The notes: generated by a model from the letters alone, not told the origin. DNA of 64,000 bases from Minisyncoccota bacterium (GCA_041665625.1 JBAYIK010000002.1:33126-97125), one strand, 5' to 3'; shown: positions 1 through 8,973, counted from the first letter of the stretch. Numbers and translations: made by a program.

Positions 1-1254
1 TTTGTAGGTGTAATTATATTTCTTAATCAGAGATTCGATAATTTCTTTGTCAGCAAAGGAACCCCAAGGCAAATAAATAATTCCATCTGTTTCTAGAAAA
101 GATTTTGCTTGTTTGAGAAATTGTTCCAAAGTGGACTCTACTTGGACACCTTGTTCACTCCATACCTCATCTAGAATGGGTAGATTTGCAGTTATAACGT
201 CAAATTTACCCTCAATTCCATCAAATATATTCGTCTTGACAATTTTGACCACATTTTCTACTTCATTACTCAATACATTCAAGCTAGCGTTCTCTATAGC
301 TTTTTCCGAGATGTCAGTAGCAATAACTTTCTTAGCCCCAAGTAAGGCTGCGATGACAGAAATAACCCCACTACCAGTTCCAATATCGGCAACCCGAAGT
401 CCACTTAAATCTTTAAGATTATCAATAATCATTGATGACGAATAAGTTATGTTTGGGTCACAAGTGAAAACTCCGTTATTTACGATAATCTTCGCTTTTC
501 CAAACGTTAATTCTTGTTCGTCGTGGGAAAATAACTTATTCCAGCTACCATCAACTTTATCAGTTTTGATTATTAAAAATGGTGGAGATTCTTTTTCGTC
601 TTTCCAGCCACGCCCATCATTTGGGGCTAATGGTTCTAAAATTTCTGGGTTACCAAAACCTGCTTCCTTGAGCATATCTAGGTAATTTTGTTTAGGCCAA
701 TAGTAATCAGGGATGTTGATGGGCGGGTTGCCTTTTAATAAAGTAATAACTCGGCAACCTGGCTTTAATTCTGGGACATAAACCATCTGATGAGTCATAA
801 AATCTTTACCGTTACTTCTGTCCCAATTTGGATTAAGTATTACTAGTTTTCCGCCCGTTTTTAGAAGAGAATGAATACGCTTAAGTACCTTGATAATCTC
901 TTCCTGAGATGAGATTTCACATAGTACAAAATTTAGCACTGCGTCATCGAAATAATCAGCATATTGTGTCTCTATCTCGGGATGTTCGCTTTCTAGCAAA
1001 TAAACAACGCTATTTTGTGTATCTTGCTCAGCAATCTCAAGTTGATGAGCTGACACGTCAACACCAACAACAGAGGCTCCTTGTTGAGCAAGGTAGATAC
1101 TAAACTTTCCATTGCCACAGCCGTAGTCTAGGATTTTTTTACCCTTTATTGGCTCCAATAGTCCTGCCACGGTTTTGTGGCCCAGCTCCCAATCAGTCGT
1201 CGCCTTCTTGCCGTAGGCCTTGTATTCTTTAGATATTTTATCGTAATCTCCCAT
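1..1254 (-). CDS. Two-domain class I SAM-dependent methyltransferase; ATG at 1254, C-terminus runs off the window start
   Basis: Uninterrupted minus-strand reading frame from the ATG at 1252-1254 to position 1. The ORF track omits it because it is edge-truncated. The N-terminal domain has motif I ILDYGCGNG. The second domain has VADIGTGSGVISV and FDVITANLP. The plus-strand ORFs 113-445, 449-685 and 909-1103 are its shadows. Confidence 0.6.
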   Translation of the reverse strand, partial: MGDYDKISKEYKAYGKKATTDWELGHKTVAGLLEPIKGKKILDYGCGNGKFSIYLAQQGASVVGVDVSAHQLEIAEQDTQNSVVYLLESEHPEIETQYADYFDDAVLNFVLCEISSQEEIIKVLKRIHSLLKTGGKLVILNPNWDRSNGKDFMTHQMVYVPELKPGCRVITLLKGNPPINIPDYYWPKQNYLDMLKEAGFGNPEILEPLAPNDGRGWKDEKESPPFLIIKTDKVDGSWNKLFSHDEQELTFGKAKIIVNNGVFTCDPNITYSSSMIIDNLKDLSGLRVADIGTGSGVISVIAALLGAKKVIATDISEKAIENASLNVLSNEVENVVKIVKTNIFDGIEGKFDVITANLPILDEVWSEQGVQVESTLEQFLKQAKSFLETDGIIYLPWGSFADKEIIESLIKKYNYTYK

Positions 1255-1260
1255 ATCTTT

Positions 1261-1692
1261 TTAATCCAACCACTCTAAAGGATATTCTTGAATCTGTAAA
1301 CCTAAATTCGAAAATAGTTGGCGTTCCCAAGTGGCTCCTTTTGAGCTTTGCCAATCTGGCAAGAACAAGGCAATTTTTATATAGCCAGACTCAAATACTT
1401 TTTTGTAAAATATGTTTAAAATTGGCAGACAGTATCCGTCGGTCTTTGGGTACTTTTTTGCTAGTCTTTGCAGTGTATCTTCAAATGGTGTTTGACTAAA
1501 AACTTGTAAGCCATTCTTGCCCGCGGTCTCAATTGCCTTTTCGAGATGAGCTAAGTTTTTCTCTATGCTACCAAGGCCACCGGTAGAAATTGGGCCACAA
1601 ACAAAGGCTATTGGTTTACCAGACTTGCTTATCTCTTCAAGCATCCCAATAGCTATTTCAGCTAAGTCTTCAAATGTTTCGACTTTATCCAT
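1261..1692 (-). CDS. Hypothetical Rossmann-fold protein; nucleoside 2-deoxyribosyltransferase-like / DUF4406-like is a guess
   Basis: 143-aa ORF. Its stop lies 7 nt upstream of the methyltransferase ATG, so the two likely form an operon. The motif IAFVCGPISTGGLG resembles the YIAGPMTG motif of the deoxyribosyltransferase-like fold. Confidence 0.45.
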   Translation of the reverse strand: MDKVETFEDLAEIAIGMLEEISKSGKPIAFVCGPISTGGLGSIEKNLAHLEKAIETAGKNGLQVFSQTPFEDTLQRLAKKYPKTDGYCLPILNIFYKKVFESGYIKIALFLPDWQSSKGATWERQLFSNLGLQIQEYPLEWLD

Positions 1693-1889
1693 TTCGTAAA
1701 TATGACAAAGTATACCAAAAGTTCTGAACCCTATCCAGGTTGCCCTAAATGGGCCTTATAAAATAAGGCTTAAAAAATGCTCGAATGGAGGGACGCATTT
1801 CGAACGTTTGACTGGGCAAGCTTGTACCCTAACCCTCAATTTCATCTAAATACTATGACTAATTTAATAGCCCTGAGTTTTTAAGTTTT

Positions 1890-2438
1890 ATGGCCAAAAG
1901 CAAAATACGAAAAGTAGAAAAGGACCTTGTCGCTTCCAAGGGCAAGAAAACAAGAGGAAAGAAGGTCTCAAATGTCCCCAAAATGACGGGGGACGATGAC
2001 GGTCTCTTTAAGTTTGTTGACTCCTCTGGGGTTCAAAATCCCCTTATACTATTGGACTTCATTAAGTGGAGTGCAGTACCTAAGGAGACCAGAGAATTAA
2101 AAACCCTTGGCGACTTTGAGACATTTTGTGGCCTCTCAAGAAAAACTCTCTTAAGGTGGACCTCACTTCCTGGATTCTGGGATGAGGTGGCCCTTTACAG
2201 AAACCAAGTAATGCGTAGTTTTTCGACTGAAATGGGTTTTATCTTAGTTAAGAGTGCTCGTCAGAAACTTGACCACAAGCCAGTTGAAATTTTCTTTCGA
2301 CTTTTTGAGGGCCTAAAGAGCGAGACTGAAATCCCCCAAAGGAGTCAGTTGACTGAAGAACAAAAAGAAAAATTAAGAGGGGCACTTAAGCTCACGGGCT
2401 TAGCCTCGATTGTCAAAGATAATCTTGATGACGAGTAG
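1890..2438 (+). CDS. Hypothetical basic protein with an HTH-like segment; possibly phage terminase small-subunit-like
   Basis: 182-aa ORF with a lysine-rich N-terminus, the HTH-like stretch TLGDFETFCGLSRKTLLRW and an acidic C-terminus. The function is an inference. Confidence 0.45.
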   Translation: MAKSKIRKVEKDLVASKGKKTRGKKVSNVPKMTGDDDGLFKFVDSSGVQNPLILLDFIKWSAVPKETRELKTLGDFETFCGLSRKTLLRWTSLPGFWDEVALYRNQVMRSFSTEMGFILVKSARQKLDHKPVEIFFRLFEGLKSETEIPQRSQLTEEQKEKLRGALKLTGLASIVKDNLDDE

Positions 2439-2514
2439 CCTAGAATTTTTTTGCACAACCTCTAAATTATTTCTTAATGGTCGGTCAGGCTGTAGTTTGA
2501 AGTTTTCTCATAAA

Positions 2515-2552
2515 AAGAAAAGGCGGGGTTGGGACCCGCCAATAGTCTTTTT
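2515..2552 (+). terminator. Rho-independent terminator after the 1890-2438 gene
   Basis: A-rich tract, then the hairpin GGCGGG-gttggga-CCCGCC at 2522-2540, then tagtcTTTTT. Confidence 0.5.
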
Positions 2553-2859
2553 GCTTTGGCAATGCCTAAGCTCGCAGACCAAGCGATGGCTTGTTTTTGT
2601 CTGGACGTAGCCACACGTCTCAATTGGGTTGCGGGGATATCGGACACCAGCCAATAAGTCCTTAATCACTACCGCCCTGCCACACTGGCCGAGGAGAAAC
2701 GTCGCGATTGGGCAGAGGCTCCTGGGGCCTCTTCTTAACCCTGACGGGGAGACCTTATCCTAGGCTGGATAGAACAAAAACTCCCTTCTATCTTTATTTA
2801 AGCACCTACTAGCCACTATTACAAGTTTTTTAGTGCCTCCTAATTTTGAGCCAAGGCTG

Positions 2860-2887
2860 TTGAAATAGACCCCCTCTCTGCTATAAT
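2860..2887 (+). promoter_or_regulatory. Sigma70-like promoter: TTGAAA, 16-nt spacer, TATAAT
   Basis: -35 TTGAAA at 2860-2865 and -10 TATAAT at 2882-2887. A highly structured RNA region starts about 7 nt downstream. Confidence 0.5.
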
Positions 2888-2893
2888 GGATTT

Positions 2894-3043
2894 GCGTCCC
2901 ACGTTACCAATTGAATAGTTATTAGCGGTAAAGCACTGCTTTTTTGAGTCCGATTGCGGACTGGAAGGGGCAGTTGACCTCCACAATCGGGGGCTTTACC
3001 GCCTCTGGTAATGTGGGACGCAGGTCGGCTGTCCCTTTTTGTG
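2894..3043 (+). ncRNA. Candidate structured cis-regulatory RNA or small RNA. It has nested long-range helices and an alternative terminator hairpin. The class is unknown.
   Basis: A 15-bp outer helix pairs 2894-2908 (gcgtcccacgttacc) with 3007-3021 (ggtaatgtgggacgc, one G-U). A perfect 10-bp inner helix pairs 2925-2934 (gcggtaaagc) with 2993-3002. Inner hairpins are actgc/gcagt and gtccg-attg-cggac. GGGAC at 3015-3019 can instead pair with GTCCC at 3031-3035, followed by TTTTTGTG, giving a mutually exclusive terminator. No tmRNA, RNase P or SRP motifs were found. Confidence 0.35.
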
Positions 3044-3088
3044 TTATCTAAAAATTAAAATTATTAGCGTCATAATTTTTAATTAAGT

Positions 3089-3532
3089 ATGGAAAAAGAG
3101 TATAAGGGTTATAACGGTTCTGTTATTTTAGGAGACAAGAGTCTTGCCATCAAACGAGGGCTCAGAGGAATTTTATTAGGAGGTGGTGCTATTAGGGGTG
3201 ATAAAACTATCCCTTATTCGAGCATTGTCGCTGTACAACTAAAGAAGGCTGGCTTTGTGGCTGGCTATATTCAGTTTACTCTCTCTGGTGGGTCAGAGGC
3301 TAAAGGTGGATTGTTTCAATCAGCTTACGATGAAAACTCAATCAACTTCCACCGCAAGGGCAATGATAAATTTGCGGAATTAAAAAAGTTAATTGAAGAA
3401 AGAATTGGTAGTGATTCAGTGAGTAGTCACAGCTCTCTGGACGAAATCGCTAAACTGGCAGAGCTAAGAGAAAAAGGGGTTATCACAGAGGAGGAATTTC
3501 AACAAAAGAAAAAACAATTATTAGCTTCTTAA
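3089..3532 (+). CDS. SHOCT-domain protein with a DUF4429-like N-terminal part
   Basis: The C-terminal stretch SSLDEIAKLAELREKGVITEEEFQQKKKQLL is a SHOCT motif. Confidence 0.65.
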   Translation: MEKEYKGYNGSVILGDKSLAIKRGLRGILLGGGAIRGDKTIPYSSIVAVQLKKAGFVAGYIQFTLSGGSEAKGGLFQSAYDENSINFHRKGNDKFAELKKLIEERIGSDSVSSHSSLDEIAKLAELREKGVITEEEFQQKKKQLLAS

Positions 3533-3547
3533 CCATAAAAAATAACT

Positions 3548-4015
3548 ATGGAAGAATTAAAAGGGTGGTTCAAGTTTGAGAATAACCTAAAGAGTATGCG
3601 ATGGTATCACTGGGTTTTACTAGTCGTCTTCTTGGCAGTTTTTGGAAACATAATGTCTGCTGTCTTAATTGATAGTCCAGCTCCAGCACAAAGCCCTAGC
3701 TCAAATCAGCCAAAAACGGAAGAAACGGCAAGCTCTGGCTCATCCATAAATTTTGATAAAGTCGAAAGTGCGGTCAACGCTCTTAAAATTACGGGTCTCG
3801 TTAAAAAAGTAGACTCTAGCTTAAATCAGGCCTACGTTGATGGTCTCAATTGGGGGACGCTTAATGTCGAGGAGAAAAAGACAACAGCACAGGCACTGGC
3901 TTACTACGTCGGCCACGAAGAAGGGACCAACCTCTACTGGGTGGATATCTATGACTGGCAATCTGGCAAAAAATTAGCTAAATTTAGTGATAGTTGGGGC
4001 TTCACGACCTACTAA
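3548..4015 (+). CDS. Hypothetical membrane-anchored extracytoplasmic protein
   Basis: N-terminal TM helix WYHWVLLVVFLAVFGNIMSAVLI, followed by a Ser/Pro-rich linker. Confidence 0.55.
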   Translation: MEELKGWFKFENNLKSMRWYHWVLLVVFLAVFGNIMSAVLIDSPAPAQSPSSNQPKTEETASSGSSINFDKVESAVNALKITGLVKKVDSSLNQAYVDGLNWGTLNVEEKKTTAQALAYYVGHEEGTNLYWVDIYDWQSGKKLAKFSDSWGFTTY

Positions 4016-4020
4016 CTAAA

Positions 4021-4572
4021 ATGTTGCCTAAAAATAAAAGATTCTTCTCCCTATTTTTGGCTTTTGGCCTGTTGTCTTGCGGACAGAGCGTTTTAGCTAT
4101 CCAGACCTCTATCATAGCCCCCGTAGAGGTCCATTTTGCCCCGTACGAGCTAATAACTCCTTTCATAGTCAAAGAGATTAAACAGGCCACTTCGACCATA
4201 CACGGCTCACTTTATGGCATTACAAACAAGGCCGTTGCAGACGCCCTAATTGAGCGAGACAGGTCAGGGGTTGAGGTCAAGATTGGCGAGGATAAACTCC
4301 AGTCGGCTGGCAAGTATGACCTACACAGATATTTATCAAGTAATGGAGTAGAAGTCGTTATCAAGAAGACCTCGGCACTGGAGCACAACAAATGGCTGAT
4401 TATCGACAATCAGGTGGTGCTTGAGGGTTCTTTCAATTACTCCAACAACGCTCAAAGTCAGGACAATAGCTTTATCATCTTTCGAAGTCCACAAATTGCC
4501 AGTCTGTTCGAGCAGAATTTTCTCAAAATTATGGCGAGAGATAAATATCCAGTAGACCCAACCATAAAATAA
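4021..4572 (+). CDS. Phospholipase D (HKD) superfamily endonuclease, Nuc-like, probably a secreted lipoprotein
   Basis: HKD motif HNKWLIIDNQVVLEGSFNYSNNAQ. The signal peptide with a lipobox-like LLSCGQ follows the ATG at 4021. The ORF track's alternative start is 3994. Confidence 0.7.
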   Translation: MLPKNKRFFSLFLAFGLLSCGQSVLAIQTSIIAPVEVHFAPYELITPFIVKEIKQATSTIHGSLYGITNKAVADALIERDRSGVEVKIGEDKLQSAGKYDLHRYLSSNGVEVVIKKTSALEHNKWLIIDNQVVLEGSFNYSNNAQSQDNSFIIFRSPQIASLFEQNFLKIMARDKYPVDPTIK

Positions 4573-4587
4573 AGCAACTAAGATAGG

Positions 4588-5145
4588 CTAAGTTTGGGAA
4601 TCATTGATAAATTGTCTAGCATTTTCGGAAACCCTTCCTGCGATAGAAGCTAAATTTGTTATTGCCGTTATAAAATTAAATTTATGAATAGGTTGAGCGA
4701 TATCTAGACAGCGAAGACTGCTTTTAAGATTCTCCCATTCGTGGAAATAATGTCCATAGAACCACCTATCAATTATTTTCTGAGTGGTCTCAACTTCGTC
4801 ATTAATCACGATTCTAATCATTGGATTGCACATCAGATTATTATAAGACTGCTTACACTTAATTATACTATTTCTCATCGCTGTGTTTTGGTTGCTATTT
4901 AACAACAAATCACAAATTTCTAGTATCGTAAGTCCCTCCTTTTTTAAGGTGATTTTTCTTAAATCAAGCAACATAGACCTTAGCTCATCTTCGTCGAATC
5001 CTGTAATGTCCTGGGATAGGGATTTATCAGTTTTATAATCCAACCTAAAAGCTATATTATCGACTCTCTTAAAAAACCGAGAAGACTGAACTCTCGTCAC
5101 GACATCTATATATGCTTCTATTTTTTCTCTATCTTGCTGGGTCAT
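4588..5145 (-). CDS. Hypothetical protein, 185 aa, translationally coupled to the upstream 821-aa gene
   Basis: The ORF overlaps the stop of 5129-7594 by 17 nt. No recognisable motif. Confidence 0.55.
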   Translation of the reverse strand: MTQQDREKIEAYIDVVTRVQSSRFFKRVDNIAFRLDYKTDKSLSQDITGFDEDELRSMLLDLRKITLKKEGLTILEICDLLLNSNQNTAMRNSIIKCKQSYNNLMCNPMIRIVINDEVETTQKIIDRWFYGHYFHEWENLKSSLRCLDIAQPIHKFNFITAITNLASIAGRVSENARQFINDSQT

Positions 5146-7594
5146 CTGGTGTTTCTTCTTCTGTCTCTTCTGACTTAGCCTTTTCCTGTAAACTTTTTAT
5201 GTCTTCCTCAATATCATCGTTTGCGGGACTATCTGCTGGCCACTTGCCCCATACCTTATAAGTGAACCAATCAATATCTGCTACATCTATCAAGGAGTAC
5301 ATCATAGACTGAGCATCATCCCTTATGCTCATATTACCGTTTAGTTTTTCGTAATCAAAGTTATATCTCCACTTACCCAACTCAACATAAAGTTGTTCTT
5401 TGTTCGGGCTAATCCTGTCTGGGTCAACACCAACAGGTAAATTGCTAAAGTATTTGTCATTATACTTTTTCTCAAAATCTAGAATCTTTAATTTTAATTC
5501 AGCATAGACATCCTCCCACTTATACTTAAGAGCTAAAATTCCTAAGTAGCAAGCCCTTTCAAAGATTCGAGGTTCATCATAACCGTAGCCTTCCGTTGTT
5601 TTATCTATCGCTTGGCCAGCCATAGAGGACAAAGAATTTATTGAATCGCTAGCGAGTTTTTTATTTTGAAGATTTGTCATTACTAGCAACCCCGTTTTTG
5701 CGACACTCTCAACTAAGGACCTAAAATTATTTGAACCGCCATCAAATTTTTCAGCGTGATGGGTAAACCAATAAGGAAGATGAAGATTCCAGCCAAGGTG
5801 TTTATATAGCTCCATTTTCTCGCCAGAGAACTCTGTGTTCTGAGCAATTTCTATAATCAAACTATTAACAGTAAAGAGTAGACGTCCAACGCTCTCTGCA
5901 AGATGGCTGTCGCAATTCTTAATCTTTTCTGATAGAGCCCTCAGACTTCCGTAGAGCTCCTCAAAAAATTCAACTATGTCGTTGCGGTAGCTGTCCTTTT
6001 CTCTTTTTTCTGTGAGAGCAAAATAATAATTTACTATTTGAGCAATCACAATGTAGAGCTGGTCATAGGCTTTTGTCATCGTGAGAGACGAGCTAATGTC
6101 ACTAGGTATATATCCGCTTTGTCTAGACACAAAGACATATTGGGCAATGGTCGCTATATGCTCCAGGGCGGGGTTAACCTGATATCTTGTAACCATTTTT
6201 TTGCTAAAAAACGAAGCCCCAATTATTTTAAGCAAATTGATATTACACTGGTCGATTATAATTAATTGTTTCTCCGCCAATCCATAAAAAGCAATCTCTT
6301 GTAGCTTATCCTGAATACCCCGAAGCATAGGGGTAAGTCCCTTATCTGAAGCGATTTCTCCAATGTTACCTAATTTATCGATACTCTGAAAAACGACCTC
6401 AAGATTTTTGCCCCTCTTCCCGATATCGATGAATTGAGAAAGGTTCCCTTCCAGACTCTCCAGTATTGGATTTTCGTTCGTCTGTCCTACATAAGTTATG
6501 TCCTTTGCTTTTAACGCTAAAAATTCATAAATACTGAGAAAAAGGGTTGCATTACCATCCTTTCCCTCCCTTATAAACTTTTCTCCAGCTTTATTTAAGC
6601 GTTCAAAATTGTTAAAGAGAAACCTCTGGCTATCGCTTTCAACGGCGAGAAAGGCAACAGCTGAAGGCATTGCAATAGAAGATGTCCTACGAACCTCAAG
6701 GAATCTCCCCAATATATTTCTTACAGCAATGAAACCCCTTTTTGTTGTTCCAACTTCCTGTTTGTCTGATAATTTTAAAGATATTTCGACGAGATTCTCA
6801 ATTTGTCTATCAAGATTATTAAAATAGGGCTGTAGAAAGGTATTGTAGGTTTTTGCGAGGGCTTCATTTTCTGACAATTTTTTATCTCTAGATACCATAA
6901 CCTTAGCAATTTTTCTTGCGTCGGATTCTACCAGGTTCAGAAACTGAATAGCTTGTTTTTCTAGAAAATAAATTGCGTTTGCGGGGTTTATCTTTTGTCG
7001 AACTGTTTTGTACTGCCAATCAATAAGGGCAAAGATAGCCCCTGCCAAAATAAGAGAAATTAGGGTTATGTACGAACTTACTGGTTCTAAAATTGTCTCA
7101 AGTCCTCCAACGTATAGACCTGCCCCAAAAAATAAGAGGGTTATAATAATAACAAGCAGGTAAACAATTTTTTCTTTCCAATCGTGTATGTACACGTCAA
7201 AATACTGAGAAGAGTACAGGTCAGAGGCACTTTGTATCATAAAAATAGAGATGGTAAACACTATTGCAATTGCACCCCCAGACATTGCCCCCACAGCGAT
7301 AAGATAATTGCTCAGGATATCTTGAGTTATCGAATGCCCTCCAAAACTAACTAAGAAAATGCCTATAATCAGACCAAGAAAGGCGAAACCAAACCTTAGG
7401 AGAACGTCGAATTTCCTTCCGAAGAAATTCTGTAATCTCCTCCACCTGTTCAGGTAAAGCCAGAAAGTAAGACTATAGCTGTACTGAAGGTAGGATAGCC
7501 AGCTTTGTTCCCAGCCACTCATTTCTTTTAGTAAATCTCTCACTTTTTCATTATTGACCAAAAGACTTGTTCTGTAAAGAATTGTCAAGTACAA
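5129..7594 (-). CDS. Hypothetical large membrane protein: N-terminal 4-TM block plus a roughly 600-aa cytoplasmic domain of unknown function
   Basis: 821-aa ORF. TM helices are FAFLGLIIGIFLVSFGG, LIAVGAMSGGAIAIVFTISIFMI, YLLVIIITLLFFGAGLYVGG and ITLISLILAGAIFALI. The true start may be downstream, for example at MSGWEQ. No catalytic motif recognised. Confidence 0.6.
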   Translation of the reverse strand: MYLTILYRTSLLVNNEKVRDLLKEMSGWEQSWLSYLQYSYSLTFWLYLNRWRRLQNFFGRKFDVLLRFGFAFLGLIIGIFLVSFGGHSITQDILSNYLIAVGAMSGGAIAIVFTISIFMIQSASDLYSSQYFDVYIHDWKEKIVYLLVIIITLLFFGAGLYVGGLETILEPVSSYITLISLILAGAIFALIDWQYKTVRQKINPANAIYFLEKQAIQFLNLVESDARKIAKVMVSRDKKLSENEALAKTYNTFLQPYFNNLDRQIENLVEISLKLSDKQEVGTTKRGFIAVRNILGRFLEVRRTSSIAMPSAVAFLAVESDSQRFLFNNFERLNKAGEKFIREGKDGNATLFLSIYEFLALKAKDITYVGQTNENPILESLEGNLSQFIDIGKRGKNLEVVFQSIDKLGNIGEIASDKGLTPMLRGIQDKLQEIAFYGLAEKQLIIIDQCNINLLKIIGASFFSKKMVTRYQVNPALEHIATIAQYVFVSRQSGYIPSDISSSLTMTKAYDQLYIVIAQIVNYYFALTEKREKDSYRNDIVEFFEELYGSLRALSEKIKNCDSHLAESVGRLLFTVNSLIIEIAQNTEFSGEKMELYKHLGWNLHLPYWFTHHAEKFDGGSNNFRSLVESVAKTGLLVMTNLQNKKLASDSINSLSSMAGQAIDKTTEGYGYDEPRIFERACYLGILALKYKWEDVYAELKLKILDFEKKYNDKYFSNLPVGVDPDRISPNKEQLYVELGKWRYNFDYEKLNGNMSIRDDAQSMMYSLIDVADIDWFTYKVWGKWPADSPANDDIEEDIKSLQEKAKSEETEEETPDDPAR

Positions 7595-7725
7595 TAAAAA
7601 TACTACTGAAAATCAGATAGTCTATATCGTGAAGATGGGTTTTTAGTCTTCTGAATAAGCTCAAGGTAGACAGGAATCTTCGCAAAGGCTAAAGGCTTTA
7701 TTTATAAGATGAAAATGAAAATAAT

Positions 7726-8133
7726 ATGGGTTACCAACCTTACGGTTCGAACTTAGACGACATAGCGTACAGGGTAAATTTCGACCCGAATATACTCTGT
7801 ATTTTAGTAAACGGACACGAACTTAGCCGACTTCACTCTAAGACAGACATAGCTGATTTTTTTGAGTATGTTAACTCTCACCCAAATATAGCTATCAAAC
7901 TGAGCGACCTAAAAAAGCTTAGGCTCAAGAAAGGTCTTGACGATATTTTGAGAGATATTGGTTTTAGAGGAATCTTGGCAAAAATGTTTTTTCCTAAGAT
8001 GACCAACAGTGAAATTATTTTTAGAAATCCTATTTACCAAAAGGACCTAGAGGAACTAGGTATCGACTATGTAGATGCGTGGATACTGCTCCATACCCCT
8101 AAAAGAAAGGGGGCTTTCGACGTAACTTCTTAA
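7726..8133 (+). CDS. Hypothetical protein, 135 aa
   Basis: ORF in the accessory block, divergent from the 821-aa gene. Confidence 0.45.
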   Translation: MGYQPYGSNLDDIAYRVNFDPNILCILVNGHELSRLHSKTDIADFFEYVNSHPNIAIKLSDLKKLRLKKGLDDILRDIGFRGILAKMFFPKMTNSEIIFRNPIYQKDLEELGIDYVDAWILLHTPKRKGAFDVTS

Positions 8134-8191
8134 CACGTTTTAGCCCTCCTCTATAATTATCTGTGTTAGCCTGTCTACATAACCGATAATT

Positions 8192-8437
8192 ATGGAAAAT
8201 GAAAATAAAAAATTCCTGACCAGGGACTTCTACATAACCGCCTTCTTAATAGCGAAGGGGTATAAAGTCTCAGATGTTGATATGACAATCCCAGACAAAA
8301 TGTTCTTCTCCTTTGAGGACTTCAAAGGTAGGGAGCGTTTGGTTAGGGATTTTTTATGTGGGCAAGCTTCAGTTGAGCCCCAGAAATTTATTTCAGGGAT
8401 AAAAATACTGAAGTCTTTGATACACGCAAGAGATTAA
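8192..8437 (+). CDS. Hypothetical small protein, 81 aa
   Basis: ORF. It might be a directionality or regulatory factor because it sits next to the recombinase, but this is speculative. Confidence 0.4.
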   Translation: MENENKKFLTRDFYITAFLIAKGYKVSDVDMTIPDKMFFSFEDFKGRERLVRDFLCGQASVEPQKFISGIKILKSLIHARD

Positions 8438-8454
8438 ACAAGTTAGTAATAAAA

Positions 8455-8928
8455 ATGAAAATGAACAAACCACAGAGAACCAACCCTAAGAGCAATGTTG
8501 TAAAACTGGCCTTATGCACGGTGGGGCTCATATGCGAAAGGAGGAAAAACAAGTTGCCGACTCTTGCCTCCCTTCTGATATGCGTCGCACCGAAAAACTT
8601 TCTTTCTGTGGTCCATATCGTCAAACTTTTTATTTCCTCTAAAATCAGAAGGAAAAGTCGGGCTAATGGTAAAAATAAAATTATAATAGGTAGGTTAATT
8701 GTTCATAAACTAGACGGCAATTTTGATACTGAGGATATTGAGCTGTCTTGTTCAGGACCGAAGCAGTCAATAAGCCCAGAGACAATTAGAGAATTCAAGC
8801 AGATTGTGGAGGAAGAATACGGGCTAGTGATAGACAAGACTGACGCCTCTAGAATACTTTGTGGGTTGACCAACTTTTTCGACTTGCTAGCAAAAATAGA
8901 TTATCGAGAAAAAATAAAAGATGGTTGA
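8455..8928 (+). CDS. Hypothetical protein; the real start is probably internal
   Basis: ORF immediately upstream of the recombinase. Confidence 0.35.
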   Translation: MKMNKPQRTNPKSNVVKLALCTVGLICERRKNKLPTLASLLICVAPKNFLSVVHIVKLFISSKIRRKSRANGKNKIIIGRLIVHKLDGNFDTEDIELSCSGPKQSISPETIREFKQIVEEEYGLVIDKTDASRILCGLTNFFDLLAKIDYREKIKDG

Positions 8929-8973
8929 AAATTATAAGTTGAGTTTAATTCGCTAATTGTTAGAATTAAAATA

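Noticed and set aside
113-1103. Plus-strand ORFs 113-445, 449-685 and 909-1103
   Set aside because: They lie entirely inside the long uninterrupted minus-strand methyltransferase frame (1-1254) and have no motifs. They are shadow ORFs.
2410-2610. 66-aa ORF overlapping the end of the 1890-2438 gene
   Set aside because: It runs through the terminator hairpin and T-tract and has no RBS. It is most likely spurious.
2553-3060. The GC-rich non-coding stretch as tmRNA, RNase P RNA or SRP RNA
   Set aside because: The tRNA-like acceptor/T-arm of tmRNA, the P4 GGAAAGUCCGG/ACAGAA motifs of RNase P and the SRP domain IV GGAAGCAGC motif were not found on either strand. The region is kept only as a generic structured-RNA candidate.
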